64,000 nt of DNA from an uncultured Acidobacteriota bacterium (GTDB lineage Bacteria; Acidobacteriota; UBA6911). The stretch is taken from assembly GCA_963843575.1 (NCBI GenBank), contig CAWJKZ010000015.1, forward strand, positions 1-64,000. Reading direction: 5' to 3'. The notes beneath the pieces are model-generated. The model was not told the origin of the DNA. It searched no databases and saw only the letters and a program-made list of their open reading frames with translations. The first letter of the stretch is position 1; each line of letters starts with the position of its first letter. Shown here in pieces: positions 1-9,370 of the stretch. The position numbers and the translations under genes are program-made.

Positions 1-473
1 GCGCCGGAATACCTCGCGCGCCGTCGGAATCCAGCTCCACAATAAATTGCCGGCCAATTCGTTAAGGCGGTTGAGACGGTCGGGAAGGGCCAAATTCATT
101 ACTCTCTTATCATCAGTTGTCATAGTTCTTGCCAAAGGAAATGTCAGCCTGACGTACCGGGTAAGGGGCTACGCGTAGGTTTAGAGCCTCGCCCCACTCT
201 GATCGACACCAGGGCAAAATGACTCTATCGGCATAATAATACGAATCCGTTTCAGGTACGGGTAACCGTCAGAAATAGACCCAACATTTTTGTATCCTCT
301 CACTCGTCTATGGAGATCCTTCAGGAACTCCACGCATTGGCTTCCGCGAGTATCGGCGTCGGCTTTACCATTGGTTCCGGTCAAAGGCAGGGCGCCATCT
401 TCGAGGAATTCAGCACCAGAAGCCTTCCAACTTGGCTGCGGCTGGCTGGAGGTGGTTACGCTGAGATTCTCGC

Positions 474-495
474 GGGCACAGCTTGGGACACAGCT
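474..495. repeat. Tandem arm-type repeats downstream of tRNA-Phe
   Basis: GGGCACAGCT and GGACACAGCT lie 12 bp apart, about 85 bp beyond the tRNA 3' end, where GC content drops. Confidence 0.45.
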
Positions 496-577
496 GGGGT
501 ATTTTGAGGGTATTTCGGTCGGTTCTTCGGAGGAGGTTAAACGACCGCAAATCCTTGACGGACGCGGGCTTTGAAGC

Positions 578-653
<76 letters not shown>

Positions 654-739
654 ATGCCTTGAGGTGCGCACGTTTATAACATTTAGCCGCACGCAGTGTC
701 TAGGCCGATTTGGCCGTGGCTGGCGAGGCTGGGCCGGTC

Positions 740-1777
740 TCAGGCGGGCGGGGTCGAGCCGCCCCCGCCCACGCGGAAAAACAGCCGGAGCATGTAGGCG
801 ACGAGCGCCAGCGCCACGACGAACGACACCAGGAAGACCACAAACGCCGACCACTGGGGCGCGACCCTCACCGATGACGGGTCGAACGTCCCGGCCAGCC
901 GCAGCAGACGCACCTCGTGGCGGGTGACCACCATCAAAAGCAGCGACACGAACAGCGTCAATCCCGAGGCGGCGAACGCGCGCCGGTAGAACAGGTGGAG
1001 CGAGCCAACCGACAGGACGATCGCGACCGTGAGTGCCCAGATCGCGGGCGAACGCATCAGGGGCACCATGATGTCCTGCAGCGACCCGAGGTACGCCACG
1101 CCGGCGAGCGCCGCCGCGGCCATGCCCCACGTGAAGGCCCGCTTTCCGGCCGGGAAGGCTTCCGCATCGTCCCTGCCGATCACACCCAGGAAAAATCCCC
1201 CGACCGTCACCGCCCCCGTCAGCATGTGCAGCCACCGCATGGCGTATTCGCCGACGCGCGGGTTCCACACCAGGCCCGTCTGGTTGGCCCCATAAAGCTC
1301 CCGCATCAGGCCCGGACGCTCGGCCAGCGAGAAGACGGAACTGTAAACGAGCGAAACGTAGACGAGGGCAGCCAGCGCCGGCCACAAGTACCGTCCCTGG
1401 GCCGATACTCCGGCCTTCGACGCAAACGAGGCCCCGTACAGCAGGGAATAGGCCAGGATCGCCGCCGGGATCACCATTATCCAGAACCAGCCGCTCACGA
1501 TCGCCGCCGAGTACATCTGGGCCGGATAGACCAGCTGCAGGAACAGAAGCGGCGCCACCCCGAGCGTCACCGTCAGGGCCATGACGCTCGGGAAGAGCGC
1601 CACCATGCGGCGCACGGCCGGGTTTTCCCACCGGCTGGAGAACCGTCCCGCGAACACCGCGACGATCCCTCCCGCCAGGAAATTCATCGCGGCGAAGTGC
1701 AACGTGAGAGTGAGGATGTGGAGGCTCGTGATCAACCAAAGCGGCGCCGGAAGTACGTTGGAGTCGGGGAGGTTCAT
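740..1777 (-). CDS. Integral membrane protein, probable second subunit of the cytochrome bd-like oxidase
   Basis: About 9 hydrophobic helices, HILTLTLHF motif resembling the CydA N-terminus, and a 4-bp overlap with the upstream gene. Confidence 0.75.
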   Translation of the reverse strand: MNLPDSNVLPAPLWLITSLHILTLTLHFAAMNFLAGGIVAVFAGRFSSRWENPAVRRMVALFPSVMALTVTLGVAPLLFLQLVYPAQMYSAAIVSGWFWIMVIPAAILAYSLLYGASFASKAGVSAQGRYLWPALAALVYVSLVYSSVFSLAERPGLMRELYGANQTGLVWNPRVGEYAMRWLHMLTGAVTVGGFFLGVIGRDDAEAFPAGKRAFTWGMAAAALAGVAYLGSLQDIMVPLMRSPAIWALTVAIVLSVGSLHLFYRRAFAASGLTLFVSLLLMVVTRHEVRLLRLAGTFDPSSVRVAPQWSAFVVFLVSFVVALALVAYMLRLFFRVGGGGSTPPA

Positions 1778-3276
1778 TTTGCCCCCAGGGTTTTAAAGTA
1801 GGCTATCAGAGCATCGCGTTCGGAAACGTCGCCGGTGAAAGGAGGCATCCCCTCTCCCAGATCGGCCGCGCTCTCGAGCATGCCCCGGTAGTCGTCGTCG
1901 GCCAGGCCGGTAACGGAGCCGTGCACATCTTTGACGGTTCCCGTGGTGTGACACTTTCCGCAGCGCACGGCGAACACTTTTCTCCCCAGGTCGACACCCT
2001 GCAGGCCGTAGACGGCGGCCATCGGGCGCCTGTCTGTGTGGCGCTCCAGGTACGCGGCGAGCGCGTCCGCATCCTCGGGCGTGCCGGCGAACGGGGGCAT
2101 GTTCCCCTTGAGCATGTGAACGGTCTTGACCACGGCGGCGATGAAGCGGGCGTCGGTGCCGTCGAAGGCGGGCTTCAGCGGGTTGTATCCTCCGAGCGTG
2201 TGGCAGCTGCGGCACATGTGCCTGAACAGGTCGGCCCCCGCGTCCCCCGACCGGTAAGCCAGGGCCGCAAGCGCACCGGTTTTGCCGTACTCGCTGGCCC
2301 GGGCCAGTTCGACGCCGTTTCCGTACATGTAGCCCGTGATGACGTACGGCTTCCGGATGGCTTCGCGAAACCACTCGACCGCGCCGAACCAACCGAGGCC
2401 GGCGGCGAGGGCGGCGGCGGCGATCAGCACATGCTGCCGCCGCGGCAGCAGCAGCCCGAACAGCACGAGGAGAATCGCGATAGCCCCCGCGCACCAGAAG
2501 GAAAAACGCAGGGCGAGCATTGGGATCGGCATGGATTTCATGGCCGCCGCGGTGACCGTCGCCGGGATCGCCGTCCAGTACCAGTGGAGCGCCGGGATCG
2601 CCGCGGCCAGCCCGACCAGACCCCAGGACGCCGTCTGCCGCACCATCCGGCGCTTGAATTCCGGAGGGCGCTCCCGAGCCGCGATCAGCAGGCCGTAGAG
2701 GCCGGCCAGCATGACGGCCACGGCGGTGCGCAGCACGAGCGACGGCCAGAACGTGGGGTTGAAAAAGCCGTCCCATATGTTGCCCGTCTCGAGCCAGCGG
2801 CCGGGCGTGAGCATGAACGTCAGGATGCCGTTGATGACGAAGAGCGAGAGCCAGGCGGCGACAAAGTAAATCCAGCCGAGGACCATGTGAGGCCCGGCCT
2901 CCATCCGCTTCCAGCCGTAGAAATACAGGATTGCCGCCAGGATCTCGACCAGGAAAAACGTCCACTCGGTCGCCCAGGCCCAGACGAAATTGTGGATCAG
3001 CACCGCCGTCGCCGCCGGGTTCAGGAGCCCGATGACGAACCAGATCCCCACCCCGCTGAGCGCGCCCCCGACGAGGGTGACGAGCACGAAGAACTTGCTG
3101 AGCCTCTGGAGGAATTCCAGCCGTTGCGCATCCCGGGCCTTGTGTGCGGCCCGCTCGCTGACGACGAGGTAGAGCCCGCCGCCGATGGCAAAGTGCGAGA
3201 TGAAGACATGAATGACGGCCACCCCGGCCATCAGGATGCCGTAGCCGGCAGCCACGTCCCAGAACGGATATCTCAC
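1774..3276 (-). CDS. Cytochrome bd oxidase subunit I-like protein with C-terminal dihaem cytochrome c extension
   Basis: CydA-like motifs HVFISHFAIGGG, WATEWTFF and EWFREAIRKPY, plus two CxxCH sites (CRSCH, CGKCH). Confidence 0.88.
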   Translation of the reverse strand: MRYPFWDVAAGYGILMAGVAVIHVFISHFAIGGGLYLVVSERAAHKARDAQRLEFLQRLSKFFVLVTLVGGALSGVGIWFVIGLLNPAATAVLIHNFVWAWATEWTFFLVEILAAILYFYGWKRMEAGPHMVLGWIYFVAAWLSLFVINGILTFMLTPGRWLETGNIWDGFFNPTFWPSLVLRTAVAVMLAGLYGLLIAARERPPEFKRRMVRQTASWGLVGLAAAIPALHWYWTAIPATVTAAAMKSMPIPMLALRFSFWCAGAIAILLVLFGLLLPRRQHVLIAAAALAAGLGWFGAVEWFREAIRKPYVITGYMYGNGVELARASEYGKTGALAALAYRSGDAGADLFRHMCRSCHTLGGYNPLKPAFDGTDARFIAAVVKTVHMLKGNMPPFAGTPEDADALAAYLERHTDRRPMAAVYGLQGVDLGRKVFAVRCGKCHTTGTVKDVHGSVTGLADDDYRGMLESAADLGEGMPPFTGDVSERDALIAYFKTLGAK

Positions 3277-3403
3277 CTGCTCCCCTCCGCGGTTTGCGAA
3301 CCCATTATGGCAGAGAATCCGGAAGTTCCTGAAGCCCTACATCGCATTTTCAATCGCCCGGCCTGATGGTATCGTTACACCAAACATTCGGGTGAGGATA
3401 GCG

Positions 3404-3970
3404 ATGAAGAAAACTCAACTCCTTTCGGTAGGATCTGCGTTTTGCTCTCTGGCTGCGTTCGCGTTGCTCGTTTACGGCGCCCAGGGGGGCGCTTCGAAGG
3501 AACTGGTTGCGCGCGGGGAATACCTCGTCAACGCCGGCGGATGCGACGACTGCCACAGCCCCAAGCTGTTCACCGAGAAAGGGCCGGTGCCGGATCTCAG
3601 CCGCCGGTTTGCCGGGGCCGCTGCCGGGACCAAGGTTCCTCCACTGCCGGCGGGACTGATCTCCCCCAACGGTTGGGGTGCGGCAGGGTCGAACGACATG
3701 ACTGTCTGGGCCGGTCCCTGGGGGGTCAGCTTCGCCTCGAACCTCACTCCGGACAAGGCCACGGGCCTCGGCAGCTGGACCGAGGCGTCGTTCCTGAAGG
3801 CGATGCGCACCGGGAAACACAAGGGCACGCTGCGCGACATCCTGCCCCCCATGCCGTGGCAGAGCGTGGGCAAGATGAACGACGCGGACCTGAAGGCGGT
3901 CTTTGCGTACCTGCAGAGCACGAAACCGATCGCAAACAAAGTGCCCGACCCGCTGCCCCCGAAGCGGTAA
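3404..3970 (+). CDS. Exported c-type cytochrome (c-553-like family)
   Basis: Signal peptide, RGEYLV..GCDDCHSP, ASNLTPDKATGLGSW and ILPPMPW motifs. Confidence 0.88.
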   Translation: MKKTQLLSVGSAFCSLAAFALLVYGAQGGASKELVARGEYLVNAGGCDDCHSPKLFTEKGPVPDLSRRFAGAAAGTKVPPLPAGLISPNGWGAAGSNDMTVWAGPWGVSFASNLTPDKATGLGSWTEASFLKAMRTGKHKGTLRDILPPMPWQSVGKMNDADLKAVFAYLQSTKPIANKVPDPLPPKR

Positions 3971-3977
3971 GGCGCTA

Positions 3978-4150
3978 TGGAGTGCGGCGGCTCGACGCCG
4001 CTTTACGTTCAGGATCCGGCCGGCGCCGAGGCGCCGGCACCAAAGCGGCGTCAAGCCGCCGCACTCCAAAATTCGGGAAGGGCGGCGCTTGGGCGCCGCC
4101 TCTGTTTCGAGATGCAGATCTCGGGGTAGCGCCGAGGCGCCGCACTCCAG
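3978..4150. repeat. REP/BIME-like inverted repeat cluster between convergent genes
   Basis: TGGAGTGCGGCGGCTCGACGCCGCTTT (3978-4004) is inverted against AAAGCGGCGTCAAGCCGCCGCACTCCA (4042-4068). A degenerate third copy ends near 4149. Confidence 0.8.
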
Positions 4151-4153
4151 ATC

Positions 4154-5053
4154 TCAGCCGGAGGCCAGCCTCGGGTAGGCCGCGACGAGCGTCGGCGGGG
4201 CGGCCGGGGGGGTCGGGTCGAGTTCCCGAAGGATCTCGATCGCGTTCACCAGCGCCTGCCCGCGGAAGTGGTTGTTGGTGATGGCGTACGTCTCCTCGGC
4301 CCCCTGCCTGATTTTCCGGATCAGCGTGCTGATCTGGCCGATCTCGTCCCTGGTGTAGAGATAGTCGTATCGGGCATCCCGGCCGGCCCCCTCCTGGAAC
4401 CAGGTTTTGTAGTTGCGTCCGTGCAGCCGGATGTATCCGACCCGGGAGGTCACCCGGGCCGCCGGGCGGAGCGACCGGCCGATCACGGGTTGATCCACGT
4501 TGCAGAAGCCTGCCCCGTGTGCGGAGAGGAACCGGTCCGCCTCGGGATCCTCCCAACTGCCGTGCCGCACCTCGACGACCAGCGGGAATCCGGCCAGCAG
4601 GCGGAGGACGGCGGCGAGGTAGTCGAGGTTTTCCGGAGTGCGCTTGAAGCTCCAGGGGAACTGCACCAGCAGCGCGCCGAGCAGGCCCGCGTCCGCGAGC
4701 GGGGTCATCGACCGGCGCACCTGGTCGCAGCCGTCGCGCAGCAAAGCGGCGCCGGGTTCGGGGCGCTCGTGGGTCAGCTGTCGCCAGGCCTTGGCCGTGA
4801 ACCGGAAGCGCGGGTTGTTGCGCACGCGCCGGGCCCAGGCCGCCGCGTCCTCGGGGCGCGGGGGCGCGTAGAACGACGAGTTTATCTCGACGGTGTCATA
4901 GTAATCGGTGAGGTAGGCGAGCGGGTCGAACGATTTCCCGGCGCCCGCCGGGTAGACGATCCCATCCCAGTCTCTGTAATTCCAGCCCGCGGGCCCCACC
5001 CGCAGCGACGTGTCGCGCGAGGGGGGGTGAAACAGCGAGCCCTGGGTGGACAT
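4154..5053 (-). CDS. DUF72 family protein
   Basis: VGPAGWNYRDWDG, DTVEINSSFY, LLVQFPWSF, YIRLHGRN and YDYLY motifs; ATG at 5053. Confidence 0.92.
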   Translation of the reverse strand: MSTQGSLFHPPSRDTSLRVGPAGWNYRDWDGIVYPAGAGKSFDPLAYLTDYYDTVEINSSFYAPPRPEDAAAWARRVRNNPRFRFTAKAWRQLTHERPEPGAALLRDGCDQVRRSMTPLADAGLLGALLVQFPWSFKRTPENLDYLAAVLRLLAGFPLVVEVRHGSWEDPEADRFLSAHGAGFCNVDQPVIGRSLRPAARVTSRVGYIRLHGRNYKTWFQEGAGRDARYDYLYTRDEIGQISTLIRKIRQGAEETYAITNNHFRGQALVNAIEILRELDPTPPAAPPTLVAAYPRLASG

Positions 5054-5061
5054 CGGTAGCG

Positions 5062-5859
5062 CTATCCGAGTACGACGCCGATGGGAGCGCCGGCCGAGAG
5101 GTTGAGAAGCGAGGCGGCGGAGCCGTTGCGCACCGCGATTTCGACAAATCCCGCCGAACCCGGCACGAGGAACACCTCCCCCGCCGCGCCGTCGCCGAAG
5201 GTCTTGTGGAATGCGGTGATCTCCCGGTGGCCGGCGAGCACCCTGCAGGGGCGCGCGACGCCGGCGAAGGCCGGGATGTCCTCGGGCCTGAGGTTGGTCA
5301 CCAGGTTGCCGAACTGGTCGACGGCGAGCACCGCGCCCTGGATCAGCGAGTCGCGTACCCGCTTCAGCGCGGGGATCTTGAGCCGGACGGGGTTCTCGCA
5401 GACCGGGCCGAGCTGGTGCAGCGGGATGTCGCGGCTGATCCACGCGGCGATGGGGGCGAACACGTCGCGCCCGTGAAAGGTGGACGAGAGCGGTTTGCAG
5501 AAGTAGTGGTCTGCCGTGATCTCGTATGCCGTGGCGTCCTCCTCGCGTTCCAGGACGTACGAGAGCAGCCCGTTGTCGGGGGCCACGAAGTAGTGGCCTC
5601 CCGCGGAAACCGCGAGCGCCCTGCGATCCGTCCCCACCCCCGGGTCCACCACCGCCAGGTGGATCGTCCTCTCCGGGTACCAGCGATAGGCCTGTCCGAG
5701 GGTGAACGCTCCGGAGTGGATGTCCTGGGGAGTCACCAGGTGCGTCAGGTCGACGAGGTTGACCGACGGGTTGATGCCCAGGATGACGCCCTTCATCGCC
5801 CCCACATAATGGTCGCGCAGGCCGAAGTCGGTGAGCAGCGTCAGTATCCGTCTGTCCAT
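5062..5859 (-). CDS. SAM hydrolase / SAM-dependent halogenase family protein (DUF62)
   Basis: LLTDFGLRDHYVGAMKGV, VVDPGVGT, STFHGRDVFAP and VDQFGNL motifs. Confidence 0.93.
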   Translation of the reverse strand: MDRRILTLLTDFGLRDHYVGAMKGVILGINPSVNLVDLTHLVTPQDIHSGAFTLGQAYRWYPERTIHLAVVDPGVGTDRRALAVSAGGHYFVAPDNGLLSYVLEREEDATAYEITADHYFCKPLSSTFHGRDVFAPIAAWISRDIPLHQLGPVCENPVRLKIPALKRVRDSLIQGAVLAVDQFGNLVTNLRPEDIPAFAGVARPCRVLAGHREITAFHKTFGDGAAGEVFLVPGSAGFVEIAVRNGSAASLLNLSAGAPIGVVLG

Positions 5860-6015
5860 GGCAGGTCCCTCGCTAGGCAGCGACATTTTATCATTCGGAG
5901 TTCTCGGAATAACCGGGCGACTTTCGGCCCGCCCCCGCTCGGTCTTTCGGGCAATGGCCCGTCGAGGGGGCCCCGCCTTGACTTGGCGGCCGGGCTCCGG
6001 TATTTATTCAGCACC

Positions 6016-7185
6016 TTGAAACCTCGCATATACCTCGACAACAGCGCCACGACCCGGCCCGACCCCCTCGTCGTCGAAGCGATGCTCCCCGCGCTCACGG
6101 GGACGTTCGGGAACGCCAGCTCGATCCACACGTTCGGCCAGGAGGCGCGGGCGGCGGTCGAAGAGGCGCGCCGCGCCGTCGCTGATCTTATCGGCGCGGA
6201 GCCCCGGGAGATTGTGTTTACCTCGGGGGGGACCGAGGCCGACAACGCCGCGCTCTGGGGGGCGTTCCGCAGCGCCCGCTCGCGCGGCAACCACATCGTC
6301 ACGAGCCGGATCGAGCACCCGGCGATACTGGCCACCTGCAAGGCTCTCGAGGCTGCCGGGGCTGAGGTGACGTACGTGCCGGTGGACTCGTCCGGGCGCG
6401 TCGATCCGGCCGCGGTCGAGGCGGCGCTCACGGACCGGACGGTCCTGATTTCCGTGATGCACGCGAACAACGAGACCGGGGTGCTGCAGCCGGTCGGCGA
6501 GCTGGCCGCCATCGCGCGGTCCCGCGGCATCCTCCTGCACACGGACGCCGTGCAGTCGACGGGGAAAGTCTCGTTCGCGGTGAAAGACCTGGGCGTTGAC
6601 CTGCTGTCGCTTTCGGGGCACAAGATTCACGGGCCCAAGGGTGTCGGTGCCCTTTTCGTCCGGCGCGGCGTCCAGATCGAACCGTTCATGACGGGCGGGT
6701 CGCACGAACGAAAGCGGCGCGCGGGGACGGAGAACGTTCCCGGGATTGTCGGGCTGGGCGCCGCGGCGCGCCTCGCCGCCGAGAGGCTCCCGGACATGGC
6801 GGGACGCGTGACCGCCCTGCGCGATGCGCTGGAGGGGCGGATTCTCGAGCGGATTCCGGGGACGGCCGTCAACGGGCGGGCGCCCCGCCTGCCCAACATC
6901 AGCAACATTTCCTTCGGGAAACTGGAGGGGGAGGCGGCCGTGATCGCGCTGGACCTCGAAGGGGTGGCCGTATCGACCGGGTCCGCGTGCTCGTCCGGGT
7001 CGCTGGAACCCTCCCATGTCCTGATCGCCATGGGGCTGCGCCCGGAGGTGGTGCAGGGCTCGCTGCGGTTCAGCCTCTGCTGGCACAACACCCAGCAGGA
7101 GATCGACGCCGCCGTGGAGGCGCTGGTGAATGTTACGTCCCGGCTGCGTGGACTGCGGGGGCGCGCGCTGGTTCATCTCGACTGA
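6016..7185 (+). CDS. iscS: Cysteine desulfurase (IscS/NifS group I)
   Basis: IYLDNSATT, FTSGGTEADN, PLP lysine in SGHKIHGPKG and catalytic STGSACSS; TTG start inferred. Confidence 0.92.
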   Translation: MKPRIYLDNSATTRPDPLVVEAMLPALTGTFGNASSIHTFGQEARAAVEEARRAVADLIGAEPREIVFTSGGTEADNAALWGAFRSARSRGNHIVTSRIEHPAILATCKALEAAGAEVTYVPVDSSGRVDPAAVEAALTDRTVLISVMHANNETGVLQPVGELAAIARSRGILLHTDAVQSTGKVSFAVKDLGVDLLSLSGHKIHGPKGVGALFVRRGVQIEPFMTGGSHERKRRAGTENVPGIVGLGAAARLAAERLPDMAGRVTALRDALEGRILERIPGTAVNGRAPRLPNISNISFGKLEGEAAVIALDLEGVAVSTGSACSSGSLEPSHVLIAMGLRPEVVQGSLRFSLCWHNTQQEIDAAVEALVNVTSRLRGLRGRALVHLD

Positions 7186-7197
7186 CGGGTTCATCCA

Positions 7198-7590
7198 ATG
7201 ATATCGCGGGAGCCGCAGACATCGGTGCTGCACGAACGCATCGAGGACGGCATCGTCGTCATGTACGTCGAAAGGGCCTTGAAGGGCCCCGGTGAGGTCA
7301 CGCTCAGGGAACGGCTCGACGAGCTCGCGCGCAAGGGCTCGCTCGACGTTGTGGTGAACCTGCAGCATCTTCCTTACGTGGACTCGACCGAGTTGGGACG
7401 GCTGATCCGGGCGCACATCTCGGTGCGGCAGGCGGGCGGACACGTGCGCCTGTGCAACCTCTCCGAAAGGGTCGTAACGCTGCTCAAGCTGAGCCGCCTG
7501 GACACGGTGCTCGAAATCTACGGCACCGAGGAAGAGGCGCTGGCCCAGATCCGGCGGAACCGCGAGGCGCGCAACTGCGGCCAGGCCTGA
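7198..7590 (+). CDS. STAS-domain anti-sigma factor antagonist
   Basis: VVVNLQHLPYVDSTELGRL phosphorylatable Ser motif and typical C-terminal YGTEEEAL. Confidence 0.88.
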   Translation: MISREPQTSVLHERIEDGIVVMYVERALKGPGEVTLRERLDELARKGSLDVVVNLQHLPYVDSTELGRLIRAHISVRQAGGHVRLCNLSERVVTLLKLSRLDTVLEIYGTEEEALAQIRRNREARNCGQA

Positions 7591-7599
7591 GCGGACGCG

Positions 7600-8266
7600 A
7601 GTTCCCGCTCGGTAAGATCAGGGGAATACTCGACAATTACCAGGAGGACCCGGAACTCCTCGTCTTCCTGGAGCGCCAGCGAGACGTCATCCGGGAGAGA
7701 CAGCTCCGGCTGGACAGGGCCGCCCGGTCGATTGACCAGATCATCGAGACAGAGAGGGAGGCGAGCGCCATGACCGATAGGAATCCGTTCACAGTAGGGG
7801 AGAAGTAACTGCCGGAAATGCTGGTGGCCGGCGTGCGGTGGAAGGGGAAGTACGAAGACACGGGCAAGGCGATGCAGCAGGTGGGGAAACACGCGGGCCG
7901 GCACATCCGGGGTAAGGCGATGAATCTCTATTACGATGGGGAGCACACGAGGACGCGGACATCGAATCCTGTTTCCCGGTGAGCGAGATGAAGCCGGCAG
8001 GGCAGGTCTCGGTGCGCCGCCTCGCGGGCGGCCGGTGCGTCTACCTTGTGCACAAGGGCCCGTACGATCAGCTGGGCCGCTGGCACGCCAAGGTGATGGA
8101 GTACGTGCAGGGAAAGGGGTACGAGGTGGAGTTGCCGACGCGGGAGGTGTATTTGAAGGGGCCCGGGATGGTGTTCCGGGGCAACCCGCGCAACTATCTG
8201 ACCGAAATCCAGGTCCTGGTGCACGGGAAGTCGGGAGAGACGGCGGGGGCGAGCTGGCCTGCTTGA
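7600..8266 (+). pseudogene. MerR/GyrI-like (BmrR-type) regulator remnant
   Basis: Coiled-coil fragment without an HTH, in-frame stop at 7806-7808, a frameshift, then GyrI-like HKGPYDQL and REVYLKGPG..YLTEIQ. Confidence 0.72.
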
Positions 8267-8309
8267 CCCTCCGTGCCCCAAAATGGTACAAGCTACATCT
8301 CACCAGGGA

Positions 8310-8385
<76 letters not shown>

Positions 8386-8547
8386 TGAAAACAAAAGACT
8401 TACAGCTTTTCATCTTTCCAATTTCTCGCCGAAAACAGCCCGCATTTGCCGAACATTTGCCGATGCCGTATCCAGGACTGCCAGCCGAAATCCGCCGCGT
8501 CCCCGACGTTCAGCTTAATCACTTGTTAAAGCAAATTAGATTTGGAA

Positions 8548-8576
8548 TTGACAATCCCGGGTGCTATCCGTATTAC
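8548..8576 (+). promoter_or_regulatory. Putative sigma70 promoter
   Basis: TTGACA, 17-bp spacer, TATTAC. Confidence 0.35.
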
Positions 8577-8950
8577 TTCCTCGAAGCCGACTTTTGGGGA
8601 CCGGAGGCTACCCCGGTCTGATGTGATGGAGGTCGACCACGACAGAACTGGTAACAAGAGCGTAAAATACAGGACGGAACTGGAGCTGTCGTATGGCCAT
8701 TTCTTTCACCATTTTGCTTACCTTTTCCATATCGTTCGCCTTCATGCCCGTCCAGGAGACGGGGACCTCGCCGAAATCGGTGGCCTCACACAACCCTTCG
8801 GCACTGGAGATCACGCAAATCGACCTGTTTACTCTAAAAGGTTGAGGCTGGCGGCGGCAGTATTCACGATTCGGCAGTCTGGCGGTACTTGGAAAAAAAT
8901 AGCCGCGACACTGGAACAGCAGGAGTCCATCATTATTTTGGAGGTGAACT

Positions 8951-9262
8951 ATGCGATTTCTTGTCAAAGTGAACATCCCTGTCGAGGCCGGGAACGAGGC
9001 AGCGAGGGCGGGAAAGCTCGGCACAACCATTCAGTCTATACTTGGGGATCTGAAGCCCGAGGCCGTTTATTTCACGGACAACAATGGTCAGCGGACGGCT
9101 TTTCTTTTCCTCGAAATGCGGGACGCCTCACAGATCCCCGCGATTGCCGAGCCTTGGTTCCTTGCGTTCAACGCCAGTATTGAGATTCATCCAGTGATGG
9201 TGCCCGATGATCTAGCCAAGGCTGGCAGTGCCATTGAAGCGGCGGTCAAGAAGTACCACTGA
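8951..9262 (+). CDS. Conserved small hypothetical protein (DUF3303/GYD-like)
   Basis: GGAGG RBS; LKPEAVYF and DASQIPAIAEPWF motifs. Confidence 0.75.
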   Translation: MRFLVKVNIPVEAGNEAARAGKLGTTIQSILGDLKPEAVYFTDNNGQRTAFLFLEMRDASQIPAIAEPWFLAFNASIEIHPVMVPDDLAKAGSAIEAAVKKYH

Positions 9263-9370
9263 ACAGCCCGAACGCCAGCTGCTTCCCTCATCAATTGTTA
9301 GTCTGATCAGTGTAAGGCTTTAGACGGCAGCAGGTTACAGCCAAATTTGGCTTGAGCAATTCCACGTAGC

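Noticed and set aside
5062-5859. Fluorinase/chlorinase for halometabolite synthesis
   Set aside because: It has the STFHGRD signature and a housekeeping context typical of DUF62 SAM hydrolases, with no biosynthetic cluster.
5206-6015. N-terminal extension making a 659-aa cysteine desulfurase fusion
   Set aside because: It overlaps the DUF62 gene on the opposite strand; homology starts at about 6016.
9266-9305. Second attC after the DUF3303-like gene (CCCGAAC...GTTAGTC)
   Set aside because: Too short and lacks the internal palindrome.
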